Of a DNA stretch of 32,000 nt, positions 1 through 7,984 are shown piece after piece. The DNA lies in contig NZ_CP088239.1 of NCBI RefSeq assembly GCF_021054785.1, forward strand, positions 2,010,001 to 2,042,000. The letters run 5' to 3'. The stretch comes from Tannockella kyphosi (GTDB taxonomy: Bacteria > Bacillota_I > Bacilli_A > Erysipelotrichales > Coprobacillaceae). How positions within the stretch are numbered: position 1 is the first letter of the stretch; each line of letters begins with the position of its first letter. Below the pieces are notes generated by a model. It was given only the letters and a program-made list of their open reading frames with translations, made no database searches and was not told the DNA's origin. The translations under genes were made by a program, and so were the position numbers.

Positions 1-236
1 ATATAAGCAAATGATGATCCTAAATAAACAGGAACTTTTCCTTTTGTACAAATAGTATAAATGATTGTTCCACATCCAGAAGCAAATAATGCTACTGATA
101 CTGGAAAACCAGTTAAGATAGGTACTAATACAGTTGCTCCAAACATTGCAAATACATGTTGGAAACTTAATAATAACCATAATCCTGCTTTTGGTTTTTC
201 ATTTACATCAACGATTAAATTCTTTTTTTCTTCCAT
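1..236 (-). CDS. pyrP: Uracil permease (NCS2 / uracil-xanthine permease family), 5' part only; the gene runs off the left window edge
   Basis: Absent from the ORF track because it is open at the edge. Minus-strand translation from the ATG at 236..234 gives [78 protein letters not shown]. This carries the UraA/PyrP N-terminal signature [13 protein letters not shown] ... KGK-P-YLGSSFA. An AAGGAGAG Shine-Dalgarno lies just upstream. Confidence 0.85.
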   Translation of the reverse strand, partial: MEEKKNLIVDVNEKPKAGLWLLLSFQHVFAMFGATVLVPILTGFPVSVALFASGCGTIIYTICTKGKVPVYLGSSFAY

Positions 237-257
237 CTTCATCTCTCCTTTATTCTT

Positions 258-286
258 AAAAAAAAAGACCAGAAAAGGTCTTTTCT
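258..286 (-). terminator. Intrinsic terminator downstream of rpsR
   Basis: The minus strand reads AAAGACC-TTTTCT-GGTCTTT followed by a run of about 8 T, a few nt after the rpsR stop. The stem is short (7 bp, 3 GC pairs). Confidence 0.6.
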
Positions 287-288
287 AA

Positions 289-519
289 TTATTCACCAAC
301 GTATGGTAATAAAGCCATTTGTCTAGAACGTTTGATAGCAGTAGCTAACATTCTTTGGTATTTAGCGCTTGTACCAGTTACACGTCTAGGGATAATTTTC
401 CCATTAGCTGAGATAAATCTTTTTAATAACTCAACATCTTTATAATCAATATAAGTTACTTTATTTTTAGTGAAGAAACATACTTTTTTTCTTCCCATTC
501 TTTGTCTTTTGAATGCCAT
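289..519 (-). CDS. rpsR: 30S ribosomal protein S18 (bS18)
   Basis: 76 aa with an unmistakable S18 sequence ([46 protein letters not shown]). Sits in the canonical rpsF-ssb-rpsR arrangement. Confidence 0.97.
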   Translation of the reverse strand: MAFKRQRMGRKKVCFFTKNKVTYIDYKDVELLKRFISANGKIIPRRVTGTSAKYQRMLATAIKRSRQMALLPYVGE

Positions 520-537
520 TTTGAAATTCTCCTTTCG

Positions 538-1068
538 TTAAAATGGTAAATCATCTTCCATGATTGCATATGAATTATCAGAATTTCCAAATTCTTCTTG
601 TAAATTCCTTGTTGGTTGTACAGGTTGTGCCTGTGCTACCGGTGGTGCATCATAGTAATTGTTGTTATTTTGTGGTTGTTGTTGGTATCCACCTTGAGGT
701 TGTTGATAACCTTGTTGGTATCCGCCTTGTTGTTGGTTTGCTTCTCTAGCCCCTTTTGTTTCAAGGAATTGAACAGAGTCACATACAACTTCTACAACAT
801 ACACTTTTTGTCCTTGAGCATTATCATATGATCTTGATTGAAGTCTTCCTTCAACCCCTACCAATGAACCCTTAGAACAATATTTTTTTACATTTTCTGC
901 TACTTTATTCCAAACAGTACAATTAATAAAGTCTGCTTGTTGTCCGTTTGTAGAATTATAATTTCTATTCATTGCTAAGGTAAAGCTAGTTACAGAGGCG
1001 TTATTACCTACTGTTCTTAGTTCAGGATCTCTTGTCATCCTTCCTACTAATACTACTCTGTTTATCAT
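538..1068 (-). CDS. ssb: Single-stranded DNA-binding protein
   Basis: N-terminal OB fold (MINRVVLVGRMTRDPELR...), a Gln/Gly/Pro-rich linker and the acidic C-terminal tip DDLPF. Located between rpsF and rpsR. Confidence 0.95.
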   Translation of the reverse strand: MINRVVLVGRMTRDPELRTVGNNASVTSFTLAMNRNYNSTNGQQADFINCTVWNKVAENVKKYCSKGSLVGVEGRLQSRSYDNAQGQKVYVVEVVCDSVQFLETKGAREANQQQGGYQQGYQQPQGGYQQQPQNNNNYYDAPPVAQAQPVQPTRNLQEEFGNSDNSYAIMEDDLPF

Positions 1069-1081
1069 TGTTAGCTCCTCC

Positions 1082-1363
1082 TTATTTGCGAAGAGTTAAT
1101 TGACGTAGAACAGAATCATTGATTTTAGAAATACGATCAAATTCTTTAATGTTAGCTGGTGTAGTTGTTGTTTCAATAACTACATAGTAACCTTTTGAGA
1201 ATTTTTTTACTTCGTAAGCTAAATCACGTAATCCCCATTCGTTAACTGAATCAATAGTACCGTTATCTGTAGCTAAAATTGCTTTTAACGTTTCGATAAC
1301 TGTATTTCTTGCTTCTTCTTCAACGTCAGGTTTTACAATAAACATAATTTCATACTTGTTCAT
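1082..1363 (-). CDS. rpsF: 30S ribosomal protein S6 (bS6)
   Basis: 93 aa, MNKYEIMFIVKPDVEEE... is typical of S6. GGAGG Shine-Dalgarno 8 nt upstream; first gene of rpsF-ssb-rpsR. Confidence 0.97.
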   Translation of the reverse strand: MNKYEIMFIVKPDVEEEARNTVIETLKAILATDNGTIDSVNEWGLRDLAYEVKKFSKGYYVVIETTTTPANIKEFDRISKINDSVLRQLTLRK

Positions 1364-1433
1364 TTTTATACCTCCTATGGTCTATTGGCCTATTCTCTTT
1401 TGGAATAGACAGGCAGTAAATTTTTTTACATGC
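1364..1433 (-). promoter_or_regulatory. Structured 5' leader of rpsF (candidate S6:S18 autoregulatory leader)
   Basis: The roughly 70-nt leader contains GUCUAUUC-CAAAAGA-GAAUAGGC (8-bp hairpin). The segment AAUAGAC just before the Shine-Dalgarno could pair with the same 5' arm instead. Assignment to the known rpsF-leader motif rests on position only; I cannot align it to the covariance model by eye. Confidence 0.3.
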
Positions 1434-1439
1434 TCAACG

Positions 1440-1468
1440 ATTATAGCATACTTTATTTTAATTATCAA
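1440..1468 (-). promoter_or_regulatory. Sigma-A type promoter of rpsF-ssb-rpsR
   Basis: Minus strand: TTGATA - 17 nt - TATAAT, a near-consensus -35/-10 pair about 75 nt upstream of the rpsF ATG. Confidence 0.6.
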
Positions 1469-1569
1469 TATTATATTGGAAAATAGGCACTTTTTTACAT
1501 TCTATTTTTCATTAATAAATCATCATCCTTCCATCTATTTATGATATACTCTTTTGTGAGGTGAAAACA

Positions 1570-2217
1570 ATGATAAAAGCAGTGTTATTTGATATGGATG
1601 GAGTATTAATTGAAAGTGAAATAGAGTATATGAAGCGTTTTGTTGAAGTTTTTCGTAGTAAAAATATTATTGTAAGGGAAGAAGATTTTTACTGCCTAGT
1701 TGGGGCTAGTTCTCCAGATAGTTTAGAAACTTTTGATAAGCTTGCAAAGCCTATTAGTGGTGCTAAAATGATGAGTTTATGTGCGCAAAGTATTCTTGAT
1801 AATCCATTTGCGTATAAGGAAATAAGAACAGAAAATATTTATGAATTATTGCGTGATTTAAAAGAAGATGGTTATAAGATTGCAGTAGCTTCTGCAACAA
1901 GTAGGCAAGGTATTCAACTTGCCTTAAAAGAAACTTCTTTAGATCAGTTTGTGGATGTTTATTATTCTGGAGATGATTGTCCTAGAAGCAAACCTTTTCC
2001 AGATGTATATTTAAAAGTAATGGAACTATTGGATGTGACTCCTGAACAATGTGTTATTCTAGAAGACTCTAAGCCAGGTATTCAAGCTGCAACTAGTGCT
2101 GGAGGCTATGTTGTAGCGAGAGAAGTGCCAATATTTCCTATTGATCAATCTCTTGCTAGTGAAAAGATTAGAGATGTTTATGATTTATATGCGATTGTTA
2201 AAAAATTAGATAAATAA
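1570..2217 (+). CDS. HAD-superfamily hydrolase (beta-phosphoglucomutase / sugar-phosphatase-like subfamily IA)
   Basis: HAD motif I FDMDGVLIESE and a C-terminal EDS-PGIQAA motif. I prefer the ATG at 1570 (GAGGTG Shine-Dalgarno 7 nt upstream) over the GTG at 1561 in the ORF track. Confidence 0.85.
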   Translation: MIKAVLFDMDGVLIESEIEYMKRFVEVFRSKNIIVREEDFYCLVGASSPDSLETFDKLAKPISGAKMMSLCAQSILDNPFAYKEIRTENIYELLRDLKEDGYKIAVASATSRQGIQLALKETSLDQFVDVYYSGDDCPRSKPFPDVYLKVMELLDVTPEQCVILEDSKPGIQAATSAGGYVVAREVPIFPIDQSLASEKIRDVYDLYAIVKKLDK

Positions 2218-2220
2218 AAA

Positions 2221-2244
2221 AGTCCGAGAAACTCGGATTTTTTT
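2221..2244. terminator. Bidirectional intrinsic terminator between the convergent HAD and glycerate kinase genes
   Basis: AAAAAG-TCCGAG-AAA-CTCGGA-TTTTTTT; an A-run and a T-run flank a 6-bp GC-containing stem. Confidence 0.7.
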
Positions 2245-3364
2245 ATTTGAATAAGATTTTAGAAATATTGATTACTTCTTGATAAAGACATTGTTCCCCT
2301 AAAGCCAATGATGTTTCTAAAGGCATACATTCATTAACAATCGAGAACATTGCAGTGACACCAATATCATATAAGTTGCTTGCTTCTTTTGTTACTCTAC
2401 CACCAAATGTAATAAATGGTACTTGGTGTTTTGATGTTAATCTTGCGATTCCACTAATTGTTTTGCCATCAATAGTTTGTCCATCAATACTACCTTCTCC
2501 ACTAATTACGAGATCAGCATCTAAAATAGCCAATTCTAATTTAGTAATATCCATTACTAAATCAATTCCACTCACTAAAGAAGCTCCTAATAAATAAAAT
2601 GCTCCTCCTAGTCCTCCTGCACTTCCGGTTCTAGGTACATCACGAATCTCTTTGTTGGTTGCTTGTAAAAAGATAGTTGCAAGATGATTAAGATCTTGAT
2701 CCATTTGTTCCACTTGTTTAGGAGATAATCCTTTTTGAGGTCCAAAAGTATAACTAGCACCATTTTTACCAATATATGTATTTTCAACATCACTTGCTAT
2801 TTGGATTTCAATACCTTCTAAGTTTACAAATGTTGTTGTTAAATCAACACTTGCTATTTTTGCAATAGAAGATACATGACAGGGTAATAGTTGCCCTTCA
2901 TGATTATAAAATTTTGCTCCTAAGGCACATAACATTCCAAAACCACCATCTACTGTTCCACTACCACCTAAACCAACAATAATTTTGGTACAATCACGAC
3001 TCATGGCATCTAAGATAATTTGACCTAAACCATAGCTCGTTGCTTCTAATGGTTGCTTTTGATTATCGAGCAGGTAAGTAATCGCTAGATTACTTGCTGC
3101 TTCGATAAATGCAGTGTGTTGATGTATACCATAGGTTACATTGATATCTTGATGATATAGATTTTTTACTTTTACTGTTTGGAGTCTTGCATTGGTAGCA
3201 TCACTTAGGATTTGTGCTGTTCCTTCACCACCATCTGCCATTGGTATTTTTGTATAGGTGTAAGTAGGATGAATTTCTTTCATGGCTTTTTCTATTACAT
3301 CACAGGCAATTGATGCATCCATACATCCTTTGAATGAATCACATGCTATTACTATTTTCTTCAT
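2243..3364 (-). CDS. glxK: Glycerate kinase (GlxK/GarK family)
   Basis: 373 aa with the typical N-terminus MKKIVIACDSFKG.. and C-terminal ITGEG-type motif (VISGEGSIDGQT). Last gene of the PTS/GH38 operon, with a 19-nt gap to the upstream gene. Confidence 0.9.
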   Translation of the reverse strand: MKKIVIACDSFKGCMDASIACDVIEKAMKEIHPTYTYTKIPMADGGEGTAQILSDATNARLQTVKVKNLYHQDINVTYGIHQHTAFIEAASNLAITYLLDNQKQPLEATSYGLGQIILDAMSRDCTKIIVGLGGSGTVDGGFGMLCALGAKFYNHEGQLLPCHVSSIAKIASVDLTTTFVNLEGIEIQIASDVENTYIGKNGASYTFGPQKGLSPKQVEQMDQDLNHLATIFLQATNKEIRDVPRTGSAGGLGGAFYLLGASLVSGIDLVMDITKLELAILDADLVISGEGSIDGQTIDGKTISGIARLTSKHQVPFITFGGRVTKEASNLYDIGVTAMFSIVNECMPLETSLALGEQCLYQEVINISKILFK

Positions 3365-3383
3365 TAGATCAGCCTCTTTTCTT

Positions 3384-5945
3384 TTAAATAATAAATGATT
3401 TAACTTGATTATAAGCGATATTGTTGTTTGAATCTATTGTTTCTTCATTTAAGTTTGTTACTTTTTTAATAGGAACATTTAATTCTATTGTTTGTTCTTC
3501 TTTTGTGATTTGGAAAGCACGAACTAATAATTGTTCTTCTTTTTCCATTTTCTTTACAGTACTGATAACAATATTTTTGTTTGTTTGTGTAAATAAAGAA
3601 TGTGTATAAGGAGTTTGTTTTCCACTGTTGTTTAGTTTCATTGCGTTATAAGGCATTTTGTTATAAGAAACTAATGGTGTTGTATAAGCTTTTGCTTTTG
3701 TTGCAAGTTCATTTGTAGATGCATAAGTAGATATACCTAAGTCCATTGTAATTGTTCCTAACATTTGAGAATCTGGTGTTTCCATCTTAATTCCTGATGG
3801 ACGCCCAGGACGACGTACTAAGTTTTCTTTCCCTAATACTCCGACACTTCTAAATAAGGTAAGTGCGATTGTTTCATAGTTATCTCCAATTACTTCATAT
3901 TCACGAATAGAATTTGTAAAAGCCACTAGAGATGCATCTTTTAATGTTACATAGCTTAACATTGGATAAATCGTATCTGGTCTTTCACTCCATTTTTCTT
4001 TTTCCCAATAATCTAATGCATCATCATAAACTGGTCTTTCTATAATACCAAACTGATTATCGCTTAAGGATACTTTACCAGCAATATTTTGAGGAATATA
4101 GGTACGTAATCGATGATCTTCTGCTTTATTATCTACCGTAATTTGAATAGAAATAAAATCACTATTTTTCTTTAATCCTACTTCAATGCTAAAGTCCATT
4201 GTAGCATCTATAAATCCTTCACTACGTCTTTGTAAGTTTTTTGGTACTTCCATTGTATAATTAATAATTGCTTTACTTGTTAAGTCAGTAGCATTGATTG
4301 TTGTATTTGCGATTACATCATTAGATGTAAAGATTACATCTTCTATTAATGGTGAGTAATCATATCCATCTCCATCATCTGAACCATCTTCCATTAATAA
4401 TACATCACTATATTCTTTATTAGTTGTTTTATCTAAAATAGTTAATGTTCCATTATTAGCTACTTCAATTACATAATATTCATTTTCTAAATGATTTGCT
4501 TGTTTTGTTGTTACTTCCATAGAACAAGTATCTTCTACTAAGAAGAATGTTGTATAACCCATAGATGGAATGGTTGTATCTATTTGTAATGTATATTCTA
4601 CAAATGGATCATAGTTACCATAATGTACAATTTGACGATCAATTAAACCAGCATCAATGATTTGTTTTGTTTCAATAGTATAAGCTACTTCTTGGTTATT
4701 ACTATCTACTAATTTAAATCCTTTCATACGTGTAATTACTTTGCCAATTACTACTTCTTTTCTAGTAGTAGGTAACATATTAAATACTGTTAATTTATCT
4801 AATGCTATTGCATTATCCATCGAATCTACTATTTTTCTTTGATAGAATTCAATGAAACGATCTACTTTTTCTAAAGCTAAGATAAATCTTTCTTTTATTT
4901 CACGATGTACTTTATCACTACAACAACATCCTATTGAATCATGGGCATGGTTTTTCATAATATCTTTCCAAATAGATTCGATAAAACCATGATAGTATTC
5001 AAACCCTAATGAATAAGCTAAAGAAGCTAATGGTTCTAAGATATTTGTTATTTTATTTTCAATAATTGTGTTTAAGATTTTAATATCTGCTCTAGAAGAG
5101 AAGATAGAGCGATGAACACGCATGTATTTTCCATCTAAGAATTCTCCATGTAATGTATCATAATCAGTTTTCTTTTCTAATTCTTCAAATAAGTTATCAA
5201 AACTACTTAAGAAGAAGTCTTTTGTAGGATAAATATTTTTTAATTGAACCATTACTTCTTCAATATTTTGTTGAATTGGCATTTGGTCATGACCATTTGG
5301 TAATAAAATATTTTCTCCAGTAGCTCCTCTTTCTAATACTGGCATGTATTTTTCACAACGTTTTGCAAGAGCTTCTTTTTCTTCTGGTAAATATTTACCA
5401 ATAGCATATCCTAAAGGTAATAATTGGGTTAATACTTTACTTCCATCATCACTTGTCCAATAGAATTCTGTATTTGTAGTACCCATTCTTTCACTAGTAC
5501 CTCTCCAAAACATACTTCTATGAATATCAAATCCATTTAATATCATTGGCATTTGAGCTGATTGTCCAAAAGAATCAGGTAAGTATCCTAGTTTCATTAC
5601 AGGTCCAAACTCTTCACAATCTTTATGTCCATATAATAAGTTACGTACAATTGACTCTCCACCAACTACCATTTCATCAGTTTGGCTATACCAAGGACCA
5701 ATAATTAATCTTCCTGCTTGTGTTAATTTTTTTAATCTTTCTTTGTTTTCTGGCATGATATTTAAGTAGTCTTCTAATACTGCTGTTTGACCATCTAATG
5801 TATAAGTTGGATAATTAGGATCATTTTCTAATCTTGTCATGATTTCTTCCATGTTGTTTACTAATAATAATTTTGATTCTTCGGCTGAAAAATACCATTC
5901 ACGATCCCAATGCATATGGGGTACTACATGTACTTTGTTTGACAT
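3384..5945 (-). CDS. mngB: Glycoside hydrolase family 38 alpha-mannosidase (MngB-like mannosylglycerate hydrolase candidate)
   Basis: 853 aa. GH38 N-terminal signature VHVVPHMHWDREWYF, and a size and architecture like E. coli MngB. Lies 10 nt downstream of the PTS gene. Confidence 0.88.
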   Translation of the reverse strand: MSNKVHVVPHMHWDREWYFSAEESKLLLVNNMEEIMTRLENDPNYPTYTLDGQTAVLEDYLNIMPENKERLKKLTQAGRLIIGPWYSQTDEMVVGGESIVRNLLYGHKDCEEFGPVMKLGYLPDSFGQSAQMPMILNGFDIHRSMFWRGTSERMGTTNTEFYWTSDDGSKVLTQLLPLGYAIGKYLPEEKEALAKRCEKYMPVLERGATGENILLPNGHDQMPIQQNIEEVMVQLKNIYPTKDFFLSSFDNLFEELEKKTDYDTLHGEFLDGKYMRVHRSIFSSRADIKILNTIIENKITNILEPLASLAYSLGFEYYHGFIESIWKDIMKNHAHDSIGCCCSDKVHREIKERFILALEKVDRFIEFYQRKIVDSMDNAIALDKLTVFNMLPTTRKEVVIGKVITRMKGFKLVDSNNQEVAYTIETKQIIDAGLIDRQIVHYGNYDPFVEYTLQIDTTIPSMGYTTFFLVEDTCSMEVTTKQANHLENEYYVIEVANNGTLTILDKTTNKEYSDVLLMEDGSDDGDGYDYSPLIEDVIFTSNDVIANTTINATDLTSKAIINYTMEVPKNLQRRSEGFIDATMDFSIEVGLKKNSDFISIQITVDNKAEDHRLRTYIPQNIAGKVSLSDNQFGIIERPVYDDALDYWEKEKWSERPDTIYPMLSYVTLKDASLVAFTNSIREYEVIGDNYETIALTLFRSVGVLGKENLVRRPGRPSGIKMETPDSQMLGTITMDLGISTYASTNELATKAKAYTTPLVSYNKMPYNAMKLNNSGKQTPYTHSLFTQTNKNIVISTVKKMEKEEQLLVRAFQITKEEQTIELNVPIKKVTNLNEETIDSNNNIAYNQVKSFII

Positions 5946-5955
5946 TTTATTTCCT

Positions 5956-7842
5956 CTATTTCTTTAGTTTTTGTTTTCTAGTAATTACTAATAATGAAGC
6001 TGATATGATTGCTCCTAGCACTGCTGCTCCAAACCATACTGCCATTGCTACTGGCATGTTATCTGCTGTTAATACAAATATGGAGAAAATTCCTGCTCCT
6101 GGTACATCTAAACCAATTTGGAACATAGCTACTAAAGCTCCACAAACTGCTGATCCTACTGACATCGAAAACATTACTCGTAAAGGATCTGCCATCATAA
6201 ATGGAATCGCACCTTCTGTAATACCAGCTAATCCAAGTAACCAAGTTGAGTTACCAATTTCTCTTTCTTGTTCTGTATATAAATCTTTTGCAAACTTAGT
6301 TGCTAATGTTACTGCAAATGCAGAAACCATTTTAACGGATGCAAATACACAATATGGTACTAATACACCTTCTGCCATTGCTGCAACACAGAATGCATAT
6401 GATGCTTTATTTACAGGTCCTCCTAAATCAAAAGAAACCATGATTCCAACAATTGCCCCAAGTAATGCTGCATTTGTCCCTGATAAAGAACTTAACATAG
6501 CTACTAAACTATTATTTAACCAAGTTACTGGTTGTCCTAATACAAATAACATAATAATTCCAACAATTAAAACAGATGCAACAGGATAAATAACAAAACT
6601 TACAAACCCTGCAAATGTTCCTTTAGCAGGAATATATTTCTTTAAACCTAACATAACAAATCCGGCAACAATCCCACCTAGCATCCCAGCTAAGAATCCA
6701 CCTTCTATCATATTGGCACATAACCCAGCAGCAAACCCTGCTGTTAACCCTGGTTTTTCTGCAATACTATAAGCCATATATGCTGCTAATACTGGTACCA
6801 TTAGTGTCCCTAATAAAGTACTACCTAATAATTTAATTTGATATAAATAACTAGTTGAATCACTTAATAAAACCTCTGCTCCAAACAATCTTGCAAAGAT
6901 TGTTACTAAAGCTGCAATCATCCCTCCTGCTACAATCAAAGGAATAACATGAGAAATCCCTGTCATTACAGATTCTTTAATAATTCCTGTTATACTTTCA
7001 TCTACTGCATCTTGTTCTACAAATTCTTTTTTATCACTATTACTAGCTTTATCTAATGCATCTTGAATAATGCCTTGGGCATTATGTAATGGTGCTGCTA
7101 CTCTTGTACGGATAGTTGGTAAATGTTGATAACGTTCTTCATTTTTTACTGCTACATCGACACTAAAGATAGCTGCATCTGCATTTTTTAATTGTTCATT
7201 TGTATGACGATCTTCAATTCCGTTTGCCCCTTGTTTTTCAACAAATACTTGAACACCCATTTCTTTACCCGCTTTTATAAGTGCTTCGGCCGCCATATAA
7301 GTATGTGCTATTCCAGCAGCACATGCTGTAATTGCAACAATGCTGTGTGTATATGTTACTTCTTCTTTTTCTGTTGTTTGATTAGGATCATAATCTAATA
7401 GTTCTACGAATTGTTTTGGAGATGTTGCACTATATAATTTACTTGTATAATTCATATCGGACATCTTTGTCATTAAAGTAGATAATAACTTCATTTGTGT
7501 TCCTGATTCATCTACTTCTGGTATTGCTAATAAGAAAACATATTTAACTTCATTGGTTGGTACAACACTTGGCCAATCAGTAGCAATATTATTTAAGATT
7601 GCTACTGCAAAAGATGCTTCTTTTACAGCTGATGATTTACCATGAGGAATAGCAAGTCCAGCATCAATTCCTGTTGCACTTATTTCTTCTCTTGCAATAA
7701 CTGCATTGTAAAATTCTTCTTTGTTAGAAATTTTATCTTCTTGATATAATTTCTCAATTAATGCATGAATAATTTCGTCTTTGTTTACTAAATCACTATG
7801 GATAGTAATTAAAGATTCTTTTGTTAATTTTGATAGTTCCAT
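5956..7842 (-). CDS. mngA: PTS fructose/mannitol-family enzyme IIABC (MngA-like)
   Basis: EIIA-2 domain with the active-site context LAIPHGK. EIIB(Fru) with AITACAAGIAHTYMAAEAL, then a polytopic EIIC. The start is trimmed to the ATG at 7842 (MELSKL..., AAGGAGAA Shine-Dalgarno). The ORF-track extension to 8016 overlaps the rpiR-family gene and has no Shine-Dalgarno. Confidence 0.88.
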   Translation of the reverse strand: MELSKLTKESLITIHSDLVNKDEIIHALIEKLYQEDKISNKEEFYNAVIAREEISATGIDAGLAIPHGKSSAVKEASFAVAILNNIATDWPSVVPTNEVKYVFLLAIPEVDESGTQMKLLSTLMTKMSDMNYTSKLYSATSPKQFVELLDYDPNQTTEKEEVTYTHSIVAITACAAGIAHTYMAAEALIKAGKEMGVQVFVEKQGANGIEDRHTNEQLKNADAAIFSVDVAVKNEERYQHLPTIRTRVAAPLHNAQGIIQDALDKASNSDKKEFVEQDAVDESITGIIKESVMTGISHVIPLIVAGGMIAALVTIFARLFGAEVLLSDSTSYLYQIKLLGSTLLGTLMVPVLAAYMAYSIAEKPGLTAGFAAGLCANMIEGGFLAGMLGGIVAGFVMLGLKKYIPAKGTFAGFVSFVIYPVASVLIVGIIMLFVLGQPVTWLNNSLVAMLSSLSGTNAALLGAIVGIMVSFDLGGPVNKASYAFCVAAMAEGVLVPYCVFASVKMVSAFAVTLATKFAKDLYTEQEREIGNSTWLLGLAGITEGAIPFMMADPLRVMFSMSVGSAVCGALVAMFQIGLDVPGAGIFSIFVLTADNMPVAMAVWFGAAVLGAIISASLLVITRKQKLKK

Positions 7843-7947
7843 TTCTTTGTTCTCCTTCTTTTCTTTACAAGCACATCCTAACATATAATTTAGTGTGTCC
7901 TTTTTTTTCATTATTTTTATACATTTTTTAAAAAACTTCTTACTTGC

Positions 7948-7965
7948 TTGTGTATTTATACACAA
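7948..7965. promoter_or_regulatory. Perfect palindrome TTGTGTAT-TT-ATACACAA in the PTS operon promoter region (candidate operator)
   Basis: An 8+8 nt perfect inverted repeat about 105 nt upstream of the PTS ATG and about 20 nt downstream of the RpiR-family gene stop. Its function is inferred from symmetry and position only. Confidence 0.3.
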
Positions 7966-7984
7966 AAAAGGAAGCTTAGCTCCC

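Noticed and set aside
61-288. 75-aa plus-strand ORF at the left edge
   Set aside because: It is antisense to a much better supported minus-strand uracil permease N-terminus (1..236). It has no Shine-Dalgarno, and its product is low-complexity with no recognisable motif.
237-288. PyrR-binding attenuator upstream of the uracil permease gene
   Set aside because: The only hairpin here (GACC-UUUUCU-GGUC) lacks the PyrR binding-loop consensus (…UCCAGAGAGG…). It is better explained as the rpsR terminator.
564-831. Two overlapping plus-strand ORFs (61 and 71 aa) and the apparent tandem repetition of the DNA here
   Set aside because: They are antisense to ssb. The repetitiveness is simply the coding sequence of the Gln/Gly/Pro-rich SSB linker (GGYQQGYQQPQGGYQQQPQ), not a repeat element or separate genes.
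1356-1544. 62-aa plus-strand ORF in the rpsF / HAD intergenic region
   Set aside because: It overlaps the rpsF start, promoter and leader. It has no Shine-Dalgarno, and its hydrophobic low-complexity product is consistent with chance in an AT-rich promoter region.
5873-6589. 238-aa plus-strand ORF
   Set aside because: It lies entirely antisense to the EIIC domain of the PTS gene and to the GH38 start. A long antisense ORF is expected opposite a codon-biased AT-rich membrane-protein gene. It has no Shine-Dalgarno and no motif.
7843-7984. Catabolite-responsive element (cre) or PTS-regulated RAT/antiterminator in the PTS operon leader
   Set aside because: There is no match to the cre consensus with a central CG. 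No BglG/LicT-type antiterminator gene is nearby, and the only candidate stem (CACAC-UAA / UUA-GGAUGUG) is weak and interrupted.
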